A DNA stretch of 63,218 bases, counting the filler, from Octopus bimaculoides (taxonomy: Eukaryota), in NCBI RefSeq assembly GCF_001194135.2. It is 4 parts of 4 records of this genome, joined end to end, with 100 filler letters (N's around TTAATTAATTAA, not from the genome) between each part and the next. Parts side by side here need not be neighbours in the genome. Positions count along the whole stretch, not along the records: positions 11,439 to 30,731 come from NC_068982.1; positions 30,832 to 53,232 come from NC_068991.1; 2 more parts are not named here. One strand, 5' to 3'. A program made the translations under genes and the position numbers. Numbering within the stretch: position 1 is the first letter of the stretch; every line of letters starts with the position of its first letter. Positions 23,030-35,672 of the stretch are shown in pieces. The notes beneath the pieces are model-generated. The model saw nothing but the letters and a program-made list of their open reading frames with translations, did no database searches and was not told where the DNA came from.

Positions 23030-23190
23030 GTTATTATAAAGGTTCTGAGTTCAAATTCCACCTCAGTTACTAAGCCTTTCGTCCTTTCGAAGTCGAGGAA
23101 ATAAGTAGCAGTGAAGTATTGAGGTCGATATAATCTACTATCAACCTTTAAGATTTCATGCATTCTACCTGTATTAGAAAACGTTATAAG
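23030..23190 (+). mobile_element. SINE family B
   Basis: ttctgagttcaaattccacc...ctttcgtcctttcg. Confidence 0.7.
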
Positions 23191-23349
23191 GCTGTGCCTC
23201 ACTCAAATGACATATATAACCCCGTTTATTTGATCTACTTAAATATCCGTTGAAATACTGTTTTATTTGAATTGTTTAACTACTGTTATATATTTTATTT
23301 AAACAATTTGCTGATATAGACTAAAGTATTAAATTTGCCAGTTTGCTAC

Positions 23350-23620
23350 GTAGGCGTGGCTGTGTGGTAAGAAGTTTACTGCCCAAAAACATGGTTCCGA
23401 GTTCAGTCCCGCTGCGTTGTGCGTGTGTTTGTGTCTGATTGTCCCTCACCATCGCTTGACAACCTGTGCAGGTATGTTTAAGTACCCGAAGCTTAGCGGT
23501 TCGGCGAAAGTGGCCGAGAGAATAAGTACAAGGTTTTCTCTTTTTTTTTCTCGACAAAACGCCCTTCAATGCAGTGCCCCAGCATGACTGCAGTCAAATG
23601 ACTGAAACAGATAAAAAATA
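23350..23620 (+). mobile_element. SINE family A with internal deletion
   Basis: The head ggcgtggctgtgtggtaag joins directly to the 3' module, followed by the tail gactgaaacag. Confidence 0.75.
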
Positions 23621-24208
23621 ATAGAATTGTAAATTTACCATCATTAATCTTAAGCTTTACTGTGCAAGTGCATGTTCCGGTAGGTTTGAATCAGGCATCC
23701 GTACGCGTTAAGGCANNNNNNNNNNNNNNNNNNNNNNNNNNNNNNNNNNNNNNNNNNNNNNNNNNNNNNNNNNNNNNNNNNNNNNNNNNNNNNNNNNNNN
23801 NNNNNNNNNNNNNNNNNNNNNNNNNNNNNNNNNNNNNNNNNNNNNNNNNNNNNNNNNNNNNNNNNNNNNNNNNNNNNNNNNNNNNNNNTATATATATATA
23901 TATATTTTCCCTTTGGTTAGTCAAAGGATGAGATGTACTCTACTCAATAACTTTGCAAGATCTCTCAGACTGGTAAGATATGTACTGTTGCTGTCTCGTT
24001 TGAACGCATATGGGTTGCAGTCTGCATAAACGACGTCGGCAAGGAAGGTATCTGGAGAATGCTTGAGGAAGTGTGTTTATTGCGGATTGAGAGACAGTAG
24101 AGATGCGAAGCGGAAGAAATACGGATGTCAGATGAACCTGTATGACGTGAGATAAGAAATTTCTTTGTTCAAAGGAGTAATCTGTGATTTAATGAACTAC
24201 GCTGGTGA

Positions 24209-24392
24209 ATAGATCTTAGCCAATCTGCTGGATAGATCTTAGACAATCTGCTGGATAGATCTTAGACAATCTGCTGGATAGATCTTAGACAATCTGTTGG
24301 ATAGATCTTATACAATCTGCTGGATAGATCTTAGACAATCTGCTGGATAGATCTTAGACAATCTGCTGGATAGATCTTAGACAATCTGCTGA
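24209..24392. repeat. 23-bp minisatellite x8 (atagatcttagacaatctgctgg)
   Basis: Eight head-to-tail copies, each with no more than one substitution. Confidence 0.95.
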
Positions 24393-24499
24393 ATGACATT
24401 AACTTTGGATGCAATATAGCGGCGGTGCCGTTCTTGATAGATTAATCTTATTTGTGATTGCTGGTCAAATTGAGATATCAAGCAGGGCTGAGTAGTGAA

Positions 24500-24690
24500 G
24501 AAGCTCACTTTTCATTCACATGGTCTCGGATTCAGTTCCACTACGTGGTACCTCAGGCAATTGTCTTTTACTCCGGGCCTACGAATATCTTGCGAGTGAA
24601 TTTTGTCGTCAGAAATTGCGTGGATACCGGTCGTATATGTATATATGCGTATATATATATATATACACATACATACATACATACATACAT

Positions 24691-24732
<42 letters not shown>

Positions 24733-24742
24733 NNNNNNNNNN

Positions 24743-24800
<58 letters not shown>

Positions 24801-25062
24801 GTGTGTGTGTTCGCTCATGAATATATGTATATATGTGCGAGTGTGTATCTTTGGGTTTCTGTATGTCCGCACACCGTTTGAAAACCGCTGATGGCTTGTT
24901 TATGTCCACAGAACTTTGTTGTTCAGCAAAAGAAGCTGATAGAATAAGTACCAGATAAAAAAAATATATATACTGGGATCGATTTGTCCGACTAAACCTT
25001 CCAGATGGTGCCCCAGCATAGCTGCAAAGCAATGACTGAAACAAGTAAAAAATAAAAAGATA
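24500..25062 (+). mobile_element. SINE family A with expanded internal microsatellite
   Basis: Head remnant, central (TA)/(CATA)n, 3' module and tail. Confidence 0.75.
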
Positions 25063-25404
25063 TTCTTAAATAGCAAACATAGTCTTTGTATGAACTTTTA
25101 CACTGTTAACCAGGTGTTGACCGAGTTGATCATCACCGGGAACCTCTGCATGTTTGCTTGACCATGATTGCAGCTAAATATTGCAATCACAATCTTTCGT
25201 CTAGTAAAGAGATTGATACATCGGATAATGATAGCCAAGATAAATAATATCTGGCAAAAGGACATGATGATCACGAGTGGAATGTACTTGATCGTAGGAT
25301 TCCTTCATCGGCATTGAAATAGGGCTAGTCAGTTACATTCAGAGAGGTGAGGCCTAGCATCTATAGCAAATCTGAGGGTTGTAAGTGTATATTATTTATA
25401 TACT

Positions 25405-25878
25405 CTCTCTCTCTTTTTACTCTTTTACTTGTTTCAGTCATTTGACTGCGGCCATGCTGGAGCACCGCCTATAGTCGAGCAAATCGACCCCAGGACTTAT
25501 TCTTTGGAAGCCTAGTACTTATTCTATCGGTCTCTTTTTGCCGAACCGCTAAGTTACGGGGACGTAAACACACCAGCATCGGTTGTTAAGCGATGTTGGG
25601 GGGACAAACACAGACACACAAACACACACACACACACACACACACACATANNNNNNNNNNNNNNNNNNNNNNNNNNNNNNNNNNNNNNNNNNNNNNNNNN
25701 NNNNNNNNNNNNNNNNNNNNNNNNNNNNNNNNNNNNATACATATACATATATACGACGGGCTTCTTTCAGTTTCCGTCTACCAAATCCACTCACAAGGCT
25801 TTGGTCGGCCCGAAGCTATAGTAGAAGACACTTGTCCAAGGTGCCACGCAGTGGGACTGAACCCGGAACCATGTGGTT
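25405..25878 (-). mobile_element. SINE family A, low-divergence copy
   Basis: CpG-rich and near consensus; very similar to 53755-54132; gap in the central microsatellite. Confidence 0.9.
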
Positions 25879-26699
25879 GGTTGCTACAATATCACTGCGG
25901 TGTATCAGGAAGAAACCTAGAGTGTCATGTTTTCTGGGAAGGATTCTGTTCATGGAGATAGTGCAAACCTAGCGTTCGGTGTGCGAAGAATAAGTATAAG
26001 TGAATGAGAAATCATCTACATGATAGTGTACGTATGCTGTTGGAAGTAAGCTAGCGACTCAAAAATGTACAGAGTGAACAAGAAGGTATGGTTGTGGAAA
26101 TAGAGCAGGCTGACGAGCCATTTTAAATGTGTAGGAATTAAATGGTGCATATAGGTGGATAACTTAGCCAAGAGGATTACACTAATACTTTCATTGAAGT
26201 TGAGATGTAATGTAAGAAATCCTATTTCCGGTAAATCAAGGGCATTCCTGATTGAGTAGATCTATACTTACAGTTGTGCCAACCGATATTTGTAACCGTA
26301 TGTATCCAGAGCGATATTATCTAATAATAATCTAACCTACTTTTCAATGACAGTAAAGTGCGATTTGAAGATTTCTTTGCTATTTCTAACCGAATGGATT
26401 GAAACCTAGAGATCTCTTTGCTCAACTATTTTGTGATTTATTGTTGGCGTAGTGCGGAGGCCCGTGCGTGACGGTGTTTTACTAGTTTTTAAACCTTTCC
26501 TGTATGGTATTGTTTAGTCCCCAAAGCGGCCTTGATTGAGCAGTGTATATCCCAGAACAGTGGTTTGAAATTAATGACGTCATTGTCTTGTTTGTGTACG
26601 TACGTTTTATATTTGTCTGAGCGGAGTAAGAAGTATAGTCTTCTAAGGATGCTATTACAATAGTCAACTAGTGTATCAAAGATATATCTGGTGTTTTGC

Positions 26700-27050
26700 A
26701 GACGTTTTTGAGCTAGGGACTTTATGGGGTTTGAGTTAGATGCGTTAAAAAAAGAAAAAAAAAACTGTATAACTTTCATGTCCAACTTGTCTTCTATTTT
26801 GAGTTTTTCTTTTGTTTTTATTTTTTGCTGTGTTAGGTGGTTTTCGGTCTTTGAGCACCCTGTAATATTTCGAAAAAATGCTATTTTTAGTTTTTCGTAC
26901 TTTGTTGTGGTCAGATAAGATATTGAAAGTGTCATAATGGACAGACACACTCTATTGTGGACCTCATATATAGTTTGTATATTAATCTTGTCTCTATGTT
27001 TTGACCAAATGGAATATTCGTGATTGTTAGAGATTGCTTCCACGTGTTTC
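26700..27050 (-). mobile_element. Possible old LINE ORF2 C-terminal remnant (Jockey/I-like)
   Basis: Within ORF 26489-27052: FFRNITGCSKT...KLKIEDKLDMK..FFFSFFNASNSNPIKSL, reminiscent of the LINE C-terminal pattern LR.ITG...L.I...NP.I..L. Confidence 0.35.
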
Positions 27051-27994
27051 ACTTTCTTTTTATTGTCTTTTTTTGTACACTTTAAATGTTGTAGATATGT
27101 GACCTATTTCTAATATGGTAGCATATTTAGATTTTAAATTTTTATGGTAGGTTACATTTAATGTTTTATGATCTTGCTAGTAAGAAGTGAGATGATGGAC
27201 TTGATACGTACTACTTTAATTTTTTGTTTAGAATTGTGTTTCTAAACTAGTAAGGCAATGTTGACGTAATTGTACAGTTATGCTCACTTCTGGTAAAATG
27301 TTATGACATTTTAGTATTAGCATGTGTGTGTGTTTTATGGGTGAGAAGGAAAGTTGAGTATAAATTAAAAACGCGGATTGTCTAAAATACTTTGTTTGAG
27401 ATATTCCACATTCTAGAAGTGCGTGCATTGTACCTAATGTAAACTTACTCATATGTGAAGTTCTTCATCGTCCAGTATATTGTTGTTTAAAGAGATGGTG
27501 TTTTTAGATATAGATTATAAATGTTTAGCAGATCATAAAATCAATAAATAATGGAGCTTTGGTTTTTAGAAATGTTCATGCAAGGATGTCCTATAATCTC
27601 AATCAAGTAGAAACGTTTGATCGATATATTTGTTGATGTGTAGAGCAGGTTAATTTCAGTCGAGAAAATCTATGACATAGGCATATGTGTGTGTATGTAT
27701 TTGTGTGTCGGTAGAAAGGTATCAGTAAGACTATTAGGTACCAGCTACAGTCGCTATGCTCTACGTATACCACACCTCGGTTGGCTGAGGATTATACTGT
27801 ACGCTCAGCCGTGCAGTGGTTTTCGAACAGACATATACTTAAAGTCTCCGCACTGTTGCTTAACATTTAACATGAAAAAGAAAATTAACGCCAACAAAAT
27901 TATGTTATTGATGAAATTCGCTTAAAAATAAGGTGTTCCTTGATGATTAACCTTCATTGCTTTATTTGTTTTTGTTTTTAATTGATTCAATATC

Positions 27995-28018
27995 AAGATA
28001 CTTATTTTCTTATTTCAG
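27995..28018 (+). promoter_or_regulatory. 3' splice acceptor of the innexin coding exon
   Basis: cttattttcttatttcAG|G, a polypyrimidine tract plus AG. The ORF upstream of it lacks an ATG and reads as T-rich intron. Confidence 0.75.
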
Positions 28019-29168
28019 GGGTGTTAAAACAGTGAAAGATTTTAAAAAATGGTTTCTTGGCAGCGGAGATGATGACATCGTCGATAAATTAAGCCATACA
28101 TATACAGTCACTGCACTTCTTATATTTACTGTTGTCGTCAGTTCTGGCACTTATATAAAGCATGGAATCAGTTGTTGGAGGCCAGTGTTAATACCGCCAT
28201 CAGAACGTAAGTTTATGGAAAGTATGTGCTGGACCGGTACTTTGTACTATGTACCTGATGACAAGAAACTAAGTGAAAAGGAATACACTACTATGGTCCA
28301 TTATCATCTCTGGATTCCTATAATTCTATTATTCCAAGCATTTTTATTCAAGGCCCCCAATTATTTTTGGTTAATGTTGAATAAAACTTCTGGGTTGAAT
28401 GTTAATAAATTAGTTCAACTTACAAATGATCTTCAAATGGTGTCAGAAAATGAACGAAATAAATCCATTCAGCAAATAGCTTCTTATATTCACAAATGGA
28501 TTATGGTCAACAGGAGATTGGAAAATGTACGACAGATATCTCAGAGAAACATTAACATTTTACATATATTCACTATAAACAAGCATCGAGGTACATATCT
28601 GTCTGGAATTTATCTTATTAGCAAAATATGGTACACGCTGAATGCCATATGTCAATATTTCTTACTCACGTTTTTACTAAGGTTAGACTTTACCACATTC
28701 GGTTCAAAACTACTTCAAGAATCCAACTCAACAAAACATTATTTCCCTAAAGTTGCTTACTGTAACTTCCAAGTAAGACATCAAGATATAACTCTAACCT
28801 TGAAGGCCAGATGTTTACTACCGATTAATGTTCTTAATGAGAAGATTTTCATCTTTCTATGGTTTTGGTTCAGTTTTATTGCTGTTTTAAGCTGTTTAAG
28901 CCTACTTCTTTGGCTGTACAGACTACTTGTAAGGCAGAGCTATATCAATTTCTTCTTCAGATTCCTAAAATCTAAAGGCTATGGAACAACAAGAATGGAT
29001 AAAATAGAATGTAAAAGTTTCACCGATGAATATCTTAAAAATGATGGAATACTGGCTTTAAGAATTGTTGGGAAAAACTCATCATATTTTGTGTTGTCTG
29101 ATTTAGTGGAATATTTATGGAATGCTAGAACAGCTGAAAACAATCCTGGCAATACAAGTAAATTTTAA
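28019..29168 (+). CDS. inx: Innexin (gap-junction/hemichannel protein), main coding exon
   Basis: Open frame 27957-29168 carries the innexin signatures: DDDIVDKLS..YT, TM1, EL1 CW...CW, HYHLWIPIILLFQAFLFKAPNYFW (TM2), TM3, EL2 FPKVAYCNF...CLLPINVLNEKIFIFLWFW (TM4) and C-terminal F..EYLKNDGILAL. Four extracellular Cys, no stops or frameshifts. The 5' end is set at the splice acceptor; the start codon must lie in an upstream exon. Confidence 0.95.
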
Positions 29169-29630
29169 CAAATAAAATATATGGGTTCTACAATATCTAT
29201 TTAAAATAATACATCCTTCTTCGAAAACACACAAATGTACATACTTGAACAAAGATATGCTCATATACTGATTCTTACGCCAAAAAATATCAACTCCAAA
29301 TGTCAGAAGAGGCAAGGAACAGCTAAGGAAACAAAGCTGCACTCGAGAATTCACGTGACGGTATCATCAGTTTCAGAAGAGAACTATAGGAAAAAAGTTT
29401 TAAACTTTAGAATACTTTGCTTATCGTTTCGTTTTTGATATTTTAAAAAATAGTTTCCTCAAACTGATGAATACACCACATAAATTTTCGTGCATACCGT
29501 AGTTTCGTGATCTTTCCATGCCTTTTCTGATATACTAATATTTGTAATTAATATTTTTCATCATCATTAAGCTATTAACTATTTCACAACAATGAAGCAG
29601 ATCTCGATGTAAACTTAAAATCTAACTATT

Positions 29631-29636
29631 AATAAA
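29631..29636 (+). terminator. Candidate polyadenylation signal AATAAA for the innexin mRNA
   Basis: Hexamer ~460 nt after the stop, followed by T/GT-rich sequence, at the end of a repeat-free block. Confidence 0.4.
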
Positions 29637-29705
29637 GACAAATTACTGTAACTCGTGTTGAATACTTTATCAGTAACTGATTTTTATTTGTTATTTTTGC
29701 TATTT

Positions 29706-29798
29706 GCATATCATATCATATCTTGTCACATCATATCGTATCATATCATATCATATCATGTCGTTTCATATCATGTCGTTTCATATCATATCATATCA
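29706..29798. repeat. (ATCAT)n pentanucleotide repeat followed by (TA)n
   Basis: Directly visible. Confidence 0.85.
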
Positions 29799-29808
29799 GT
29801 GACTTCCA

Positions 29809-29857
<49 letters not shown>

Positions 29858-30299
29858 ATGCATGTATTTATGTATATATAAAGAAGACCACTAGGTGGAC
29901 TGTTAATGTGCTAGAAGAAAATCACATGTAATGTATCTACTAAGACCTAATTGTTCTCAAATGAAATTCAGCGAAATACCAAAATGTATGCGGGCAAGAC
30001 AATGAAAATTACATAAATATAAATTATCCGTGTACTATAGTTTCGAAATCAACATTCTCTTACCGAAAATATCTGTTTCTCGTCAGCACGAACTGTAAGG
30101 TAAATGTAGAATCGTATTCAAGTTGTTCCCCACTCACCAAAAATCGTGTTGACCAGTGTTATTGTTCTTGAACGTTTTATATATATATGTATACCTACCA
30201 CTGACTGCTCGAAACTTACAAACTTCCCACTGAGAACCTTGGATCTTGTAATTACATATCTATATATGATGAACTCTCCCATCGAATACCTGCACAAAT

Positions 30300-30520
30300 G
30301 ATTTGTTTACAGTAGTCAAATGTATGTGCTGTTCATTAGCTCACTCTCTCCACCAAATCGAACGTTGCCTGGAGGGGTGCACGCGTCAAATGTCGAAGTG
30401 CTCGCAGTGCAATTTTAGATGAAGTGTTTTGCTGAAGAACATAATGTACCACTCAGTATAGGAATTGAAACTACGATCTCGCGATCAAGGGTGAAACACC
30501 CGTAACACTTGGCCATGTCT
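30300..30520 (-). mobile_element. SINE, family D-like, degraded
   Basis: gtgttttgctgaagaacataatg...ggaattgaaactacgatc, the reverse of a B-box and body. Confidence 0.55.
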
Positions 30521-30545
30521 CCTCATATATCAAAATATCAATATA

Positions 30546-30586
<41 letters not shown>

Positions 30587-30831
30587 ATATTATTAGGGAC
30601 AAAATCCAAAATTACAGGTAAAGAAGTCAATTAAAATCAATTTATAAAAAATTAAAATTAAATTGAGCCTTATAGATAAAGTATATATAAAATATATATA
30701 GTTTTAGGGAAAATAACCAATTTTCAAGAACNNNNNNNNNNNNNNNNNNNNNNNNNNNNNNNNNNNNNNNNNNNNTTAATTAATTAANNNNNNNNNNNNN
30801 NNNNNNNNNNNNNNNNNNNNNNNNNNNNNNN

Positions 30832-30875
<44 letters not shown>

Positions 30876-30929
30876 CATATATATATATATGTACATATAT
30901 ATATATATATGTACATATGTATGTGTGTG

Positions 30930-31135
30930 CTTGCGTCTGTTTGTAACCCACCACTGCTTGTTGGTGTATTTATGTCCCTATAACTTGGTTCAGTAAATGC
31001 AACCAATAGAATAAGTACCAGGCTTTTTAAGAAAAAAAAAACATAGGTACTGGAGTCAATTAATTTGACAAAAAATTCTTCAGAGAAGTGCTCCAGCATG
31101 GCCATAGTCTAATGACTGAAACAAATAAAAGATAC
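30930..31135 (+). mobile_element. SINE family A 3' module
   Basis: gatagaataagtaccaggc...ccagcatggcc...gactgaaacaa. Confidence 0.75.
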
Positions 31136-32819
31136 ATACTACAATCATTAGACAGCACAGTTGAGTCAGAGAGAGAAGCTTTATGTGATTGTTTGACCCG
31201 CAAGAAATAGCAACCAAATTCTTAAGCCATACTCTTGTATCTTAAAAAGGGAAGGACACTTTGGAGAATGCAGGAGTGATGGTCATACACACAGGAGGTG
31301 ATGGCCATGGCTGCAATGTCTGATTACAGAGCAGGTTTGGGAATCAACAAAAATAAAATATAATGCTGAAATAATGCCATACAATTCTGGAAATACAGCC
31401 ATACCATGAGATATTGTACTGAAGACATACTACGCACTAAAAGGTACACCATATGAAGTGCATTTTAAGATACACACACACACACACATCTATATATATA
31501 CACATATAGACACACACACAGACGCACGCATATATCGACACTCACACAAACACCACAGACATACACACATGCACACAGATACACATACACACAGACACAC
31601 ACATAGAGAGAGAGAGAGAGACACACACACACACACACACGCACATGTAGTTGAAGTTACACAGTAGATCCATCATGGCAGCTCACGTTTGCAATATTGG
31701 CAGCTGTGACTCAAGGGAAACAGGAGGGCAGAACTAGCACAACCGTCCACACCCCACACTACCATACCATGACCCAACAAACTTCCCAAATTCCCCACCA
31801 ACCCCAAAACAATAAAACAAAAAAAAAAAGAACAACACACACACACACACACATAATACCCCCAACAAAAGACTGATGGAATGAAAGAGCAATAAAGAAA
31901 AAGAGAGAGTGAAAGAGAGTGAGAGAGAGAGAGATTAAGAAGGAAAAAGGGAGTGAAGAACACAGGTGTTCAGAGCAAATCTACTGATCCCAGTGAAGCT
32001 TGAACTAAGACTGTGGAAGTGGTGATGGTAGTCATGATGGTGATGATGATGATGATGATGATGAAGATGGTGGTGTTGGTTTTAGTAACACTGATACTGA
32101 GAGCAGTGTTATGTGAAGGTGGTGATAGTAGTTTTGGTGCAGGAGATAGTAGTGGTGGTGGTAGTGGTGGCAGCTGTAGTAATAAGAATGGTTATTAGTG
32201 ATCAATGTGGTGATGGTGGCAGGATGGTTTTTTTTGGTGGTAATGCTACTTCTGTTACTTGTGGTGTTGAAAAGTAGAAAACAAGGTGGTGGGGCTAGAG
32301 TACTGTGCTGTACTTGGTACTTGGGTACTTGCTGAGCATGGTGCTGGGTGTGTTTTGTGTGAGAGTGTGTTATTTTGGGTTAGGTGTGAGGCAATGTACA
32401 AACTAGATACAGCTGAAAATCAAAAGAAGACAACTCTAGGTTCAGTGTTAAGAACTATCACCATCATCATCATCGTCATCATCATGGCCATCAAACCAGG
32501 AGTAAATGATTGAGGAATTACTGATTCATATTAACAACATTCCAACAAAACTCAATTTAAACACACAGCTAACATGTGCAGACATAAAAAAGTACATGGG
32601 TCTTCATCAATTTTAACAATGATTATTCCACTTAATTCAATTAAATTAATTATATATGTGACTTATTTCTAGCAAGTTGAGCTACCACACAGAAACTCTT
32701 CCCTTATCACATGTCACAGGAGTGTTGTGTTAGTTATGGTGGTAGAGGAGTTATTCTTCAGCTATTATAATGCCATAGTGGAGCTGGTATCATGGCTGTT
32801 GTATTGTGATGATAGCTGA

Positions 32820-33900
32820 GATGCTATTTTGCACCAAAAGCCAATATGAAAGTTTCTCTCAAAGTATCTATCGCAATATAGTTTGTTCTAACAGAACATC
32901 CATGTTTGAATGAGGATAAATATTATCACTTGGAATTAATACTGCTTCTGTTGCTAATATATATTTTTTAACAAGCTCACTGGATAATCACAACACCAGC
33001 TCCTGTTCTGGCACTTTTTTCTATATATCAGTGACAGGGAGATGATTTGCTGCTATCTCTAGCAGCTGAGTGTCCATCACTGACGAAGGAAGGTTGAAAT
33101 TACATGATCGGGTGGTCTTGGCACTGGAACTGGCAAGGATTTATCTCCCTACTAGTGATATAGACAAGAGTGCATTTTGCACCAAAAAGTCAATATGAGA
33201 AGTTTTTTTTTTTTCATGGCAACTGCTGCAGAATAGTTTGTTCTAATAGAACATCCATGTGGAAATAGATATTACCTCTTGGTATTGATACTGCCTCTCT
33301 CACAAATATACATTTTTTTACCAAGGTGGTGATGATGATAAGAAAGTGATAGTGGTGAGGCCTGGTTATGTATGTTTGTGAAAACTTATTCAAGATATTC
33401 CAGGGTTATCTCTAGTGGTTGAGTGTCCATCATTGACAAGACTAAGGAAGGTCAAAATCATGTGGTCTTGACACTGGTAATGGCAAGGATTTATCTCCCT
33501 GTTAGCAATATAAACAAGAGTGTATACTGGTGGTGGTACAAGAATTCATAAGGTTGTAGTAATAGTAGTAGTGTCATCTTAAGGCACGGGTACATTGGGC
33601 AGTTGCCCAGGGGCCCAATGCACTGATTTTCTCAGGAGCTTATAATGCTGCTAATGTGGCTCTGGGTGGTGGTGTTGAGTTAATGTTACAGTGCGACAAT
33701 AAAGGTCTTAGTTAAGAGTGTAGCTTGTAGTTTACATTTCATATCCATTATGCGAAAATGTTGTTAGTTATGAGGATGGGTGGTCATTTATTCCTCCACA
33801 TTCCTGACATACACAGAAGGTGGTGATGATAAGAAAGTGATAGTGGTGAGGCCTGATTATGTATGTTTGTGAAAACTTATTCAAGATATTCCAGGGTAGC
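32820..33900. repeat. Mosaic of local duplications (modules A, B and C, each present twice)
   Basis: A: 32822-32975 and 33172-33325. B: 33064-33176 and 33417-33524. C: 33325-33406 and 33819-33896. Confidence 0.75.
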
Positions 33901-34425
33901 ATATCTTCAAATGCTGTACAATTCCATCATCATGTTACCTTCAACATATCTGTTTTTGGGAACTAGAACCATCCACAAATCTACTCCATATAGCCTGTTG
34001 TCCAAAATGTCACTCCTGTATCTCCTGATCCCTTTTGTCATAAGAGATATACACATAAACACATTATAAATATAGAAAAATATCCATTTTATTTTAGAGC
34101 CAAAGGTTTCTGATACTTTTGAACATTAGCAATGAAAATTCATGTGTAAAGTTTCAGCTGGTCCATGTTATCAAAAGCTGATGAATGCAACTGTGGTTTT
34201 AAACTTTTCTTGACACCAAGCCAATGAAGGAATCTTCAGTTAAGATGTGTTTTTATGGAAAATACACAGAGAACAAGCATTGCAATTCTCACATAATTCA
34301 GGGTGTGTATATATTCTCCTATATACAGAAGAGGGAACTGTGAAAGCTGGGAGCTAAATACAGATATTTCTTAATATATCTCTCTTAAGTCTGAGTTTTA
34401 TGCCAAAGCTCTTTTCAAGCCATAA

Positions 34426-34473
<48 letters not shown>

Positions 34474-34781
34474 CGCATACATGTACAAACACATATATTT
34501 GCATACACACACACAAATATATACACATTTTTATGTGTGAGAGTGTATACAGAATATTAAAAACTACACCCCCATGACTTTTCTCTCTGGTCCAAATTCA
34601 CAGACTGGTTAGGGGTTTAGATCGGTACATTGGTACATTGGCAGATAGATATGTAAATAGGCTGCTGTAGTGAAAGTTGCAGGTGTTAGCAGTTGGAGGA
34701 GATGTGAGAAGGTAAACAGGGTCAAATAAGAATGGCAGAAGGTTGTGTAGGAAGATACATGCATGGAGCAAAGAAAATACA

Positions 34782-34823
<42 letters not shown>

Positions 34824-34833
34824 NNNNNNNNNN

Positions 34834-34893
<60 letters not shown>

Positions 34894-35224
34894 GAAGAGA
34901 GTGTTAATGTTTGTTTATTCATAATTGTCATTGCTTTTATGGTTGTTATACTTTTATAGCTTGTAAGGAATATATTTGTGTACATACACAAACAAGTGCA
35001 TACACACACATACATACATTTTATACAAATATATACATACACAAAGTTATGTACACAGCCATATAAAATAATATTGATTATTCAGACACACACACACATT
35101 GATGTGCATTTTACATGTACCTATATCTATATGCACATTTTCTTCAGTATATCACATATATGTATATAATACATATCATTGACCGCAGCCACTTGGCTGA
35201 AACACATAAATAAATAAATAAATA

Positions 35225-35473
35225 TATATATATCTTTTACTTGTTTCAGTCATTAGAATTTATAGTCAAAATGAATCGACCTCAGTGCTTATTTTTTAAA
35301 CCTGCTACTTATTTTGTCAGTCTCTTTTCCCAAACCACTAAGTTATGCTGTTGTAAACACACCAACACTGGTTGTTAAGCAGTAGTGGGCGGTGGGGACA
35401 AACACAGACGCAAAGACACACACACACATATATGTATATATATAATATATATAGCTATATATAGCTATATATC

Positions 35474-35524
<51 letters not shown>

Positions 35525-35672
35525 TTTCCACCGACCAAATCCACTCATAAGGCACTGGTCGGCCTGAGGCTATAATAGAAGACACTTGCCCAAGGTGTCA
35601 CTCAGTGGGACTGAATCCAGAACCATGTGGTTGGGAAGCAAGCTTCTTACCACACACCCACACCTGTGCCTA
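35225..35672 (-). mobile_element. SINE family A
   Basis: Both modules present around a (TA)/(GA)n tract; head cacccacacc. Confidence 0.85.

Noticed and set aside
24209-24392. CRISPR-like array (also 61209-61295 and the SINE-spacer arrays)
   Set aside because: No unique spacers between identical repeats, no cas genes, and a eukaryotic context.
23915-24470. Possible LINE RT remnant around the 23-bp minisatellite (LLSRLNAYGL, KEGIWRML)
   Set aside because: The motif fragments are in different frames and too weak to assign a class.
27957-28018. ORF-finder start (TTG, MLYLFLFLIDS...) as the innexin N-terminus
   Set aside because: Non-ATG, T-rich and ending in a canonical polypyrimidine-AG: it reads as intron.
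29171-29176. AATAAA immediately after the innexin stop as the poly(A) signal
   Set aside because: Only 2 nt after the stop, in very AT-rich sequence. It is possible but unsupported; the 29631 site has better context.
32013-32198. Signal-peptide-like ORF MEVVMVVMMVMMMM...GGGSGG
   Set aside because: Derived from (GAT)/(GGT)n low-complexity sequence; no splice or homology support.
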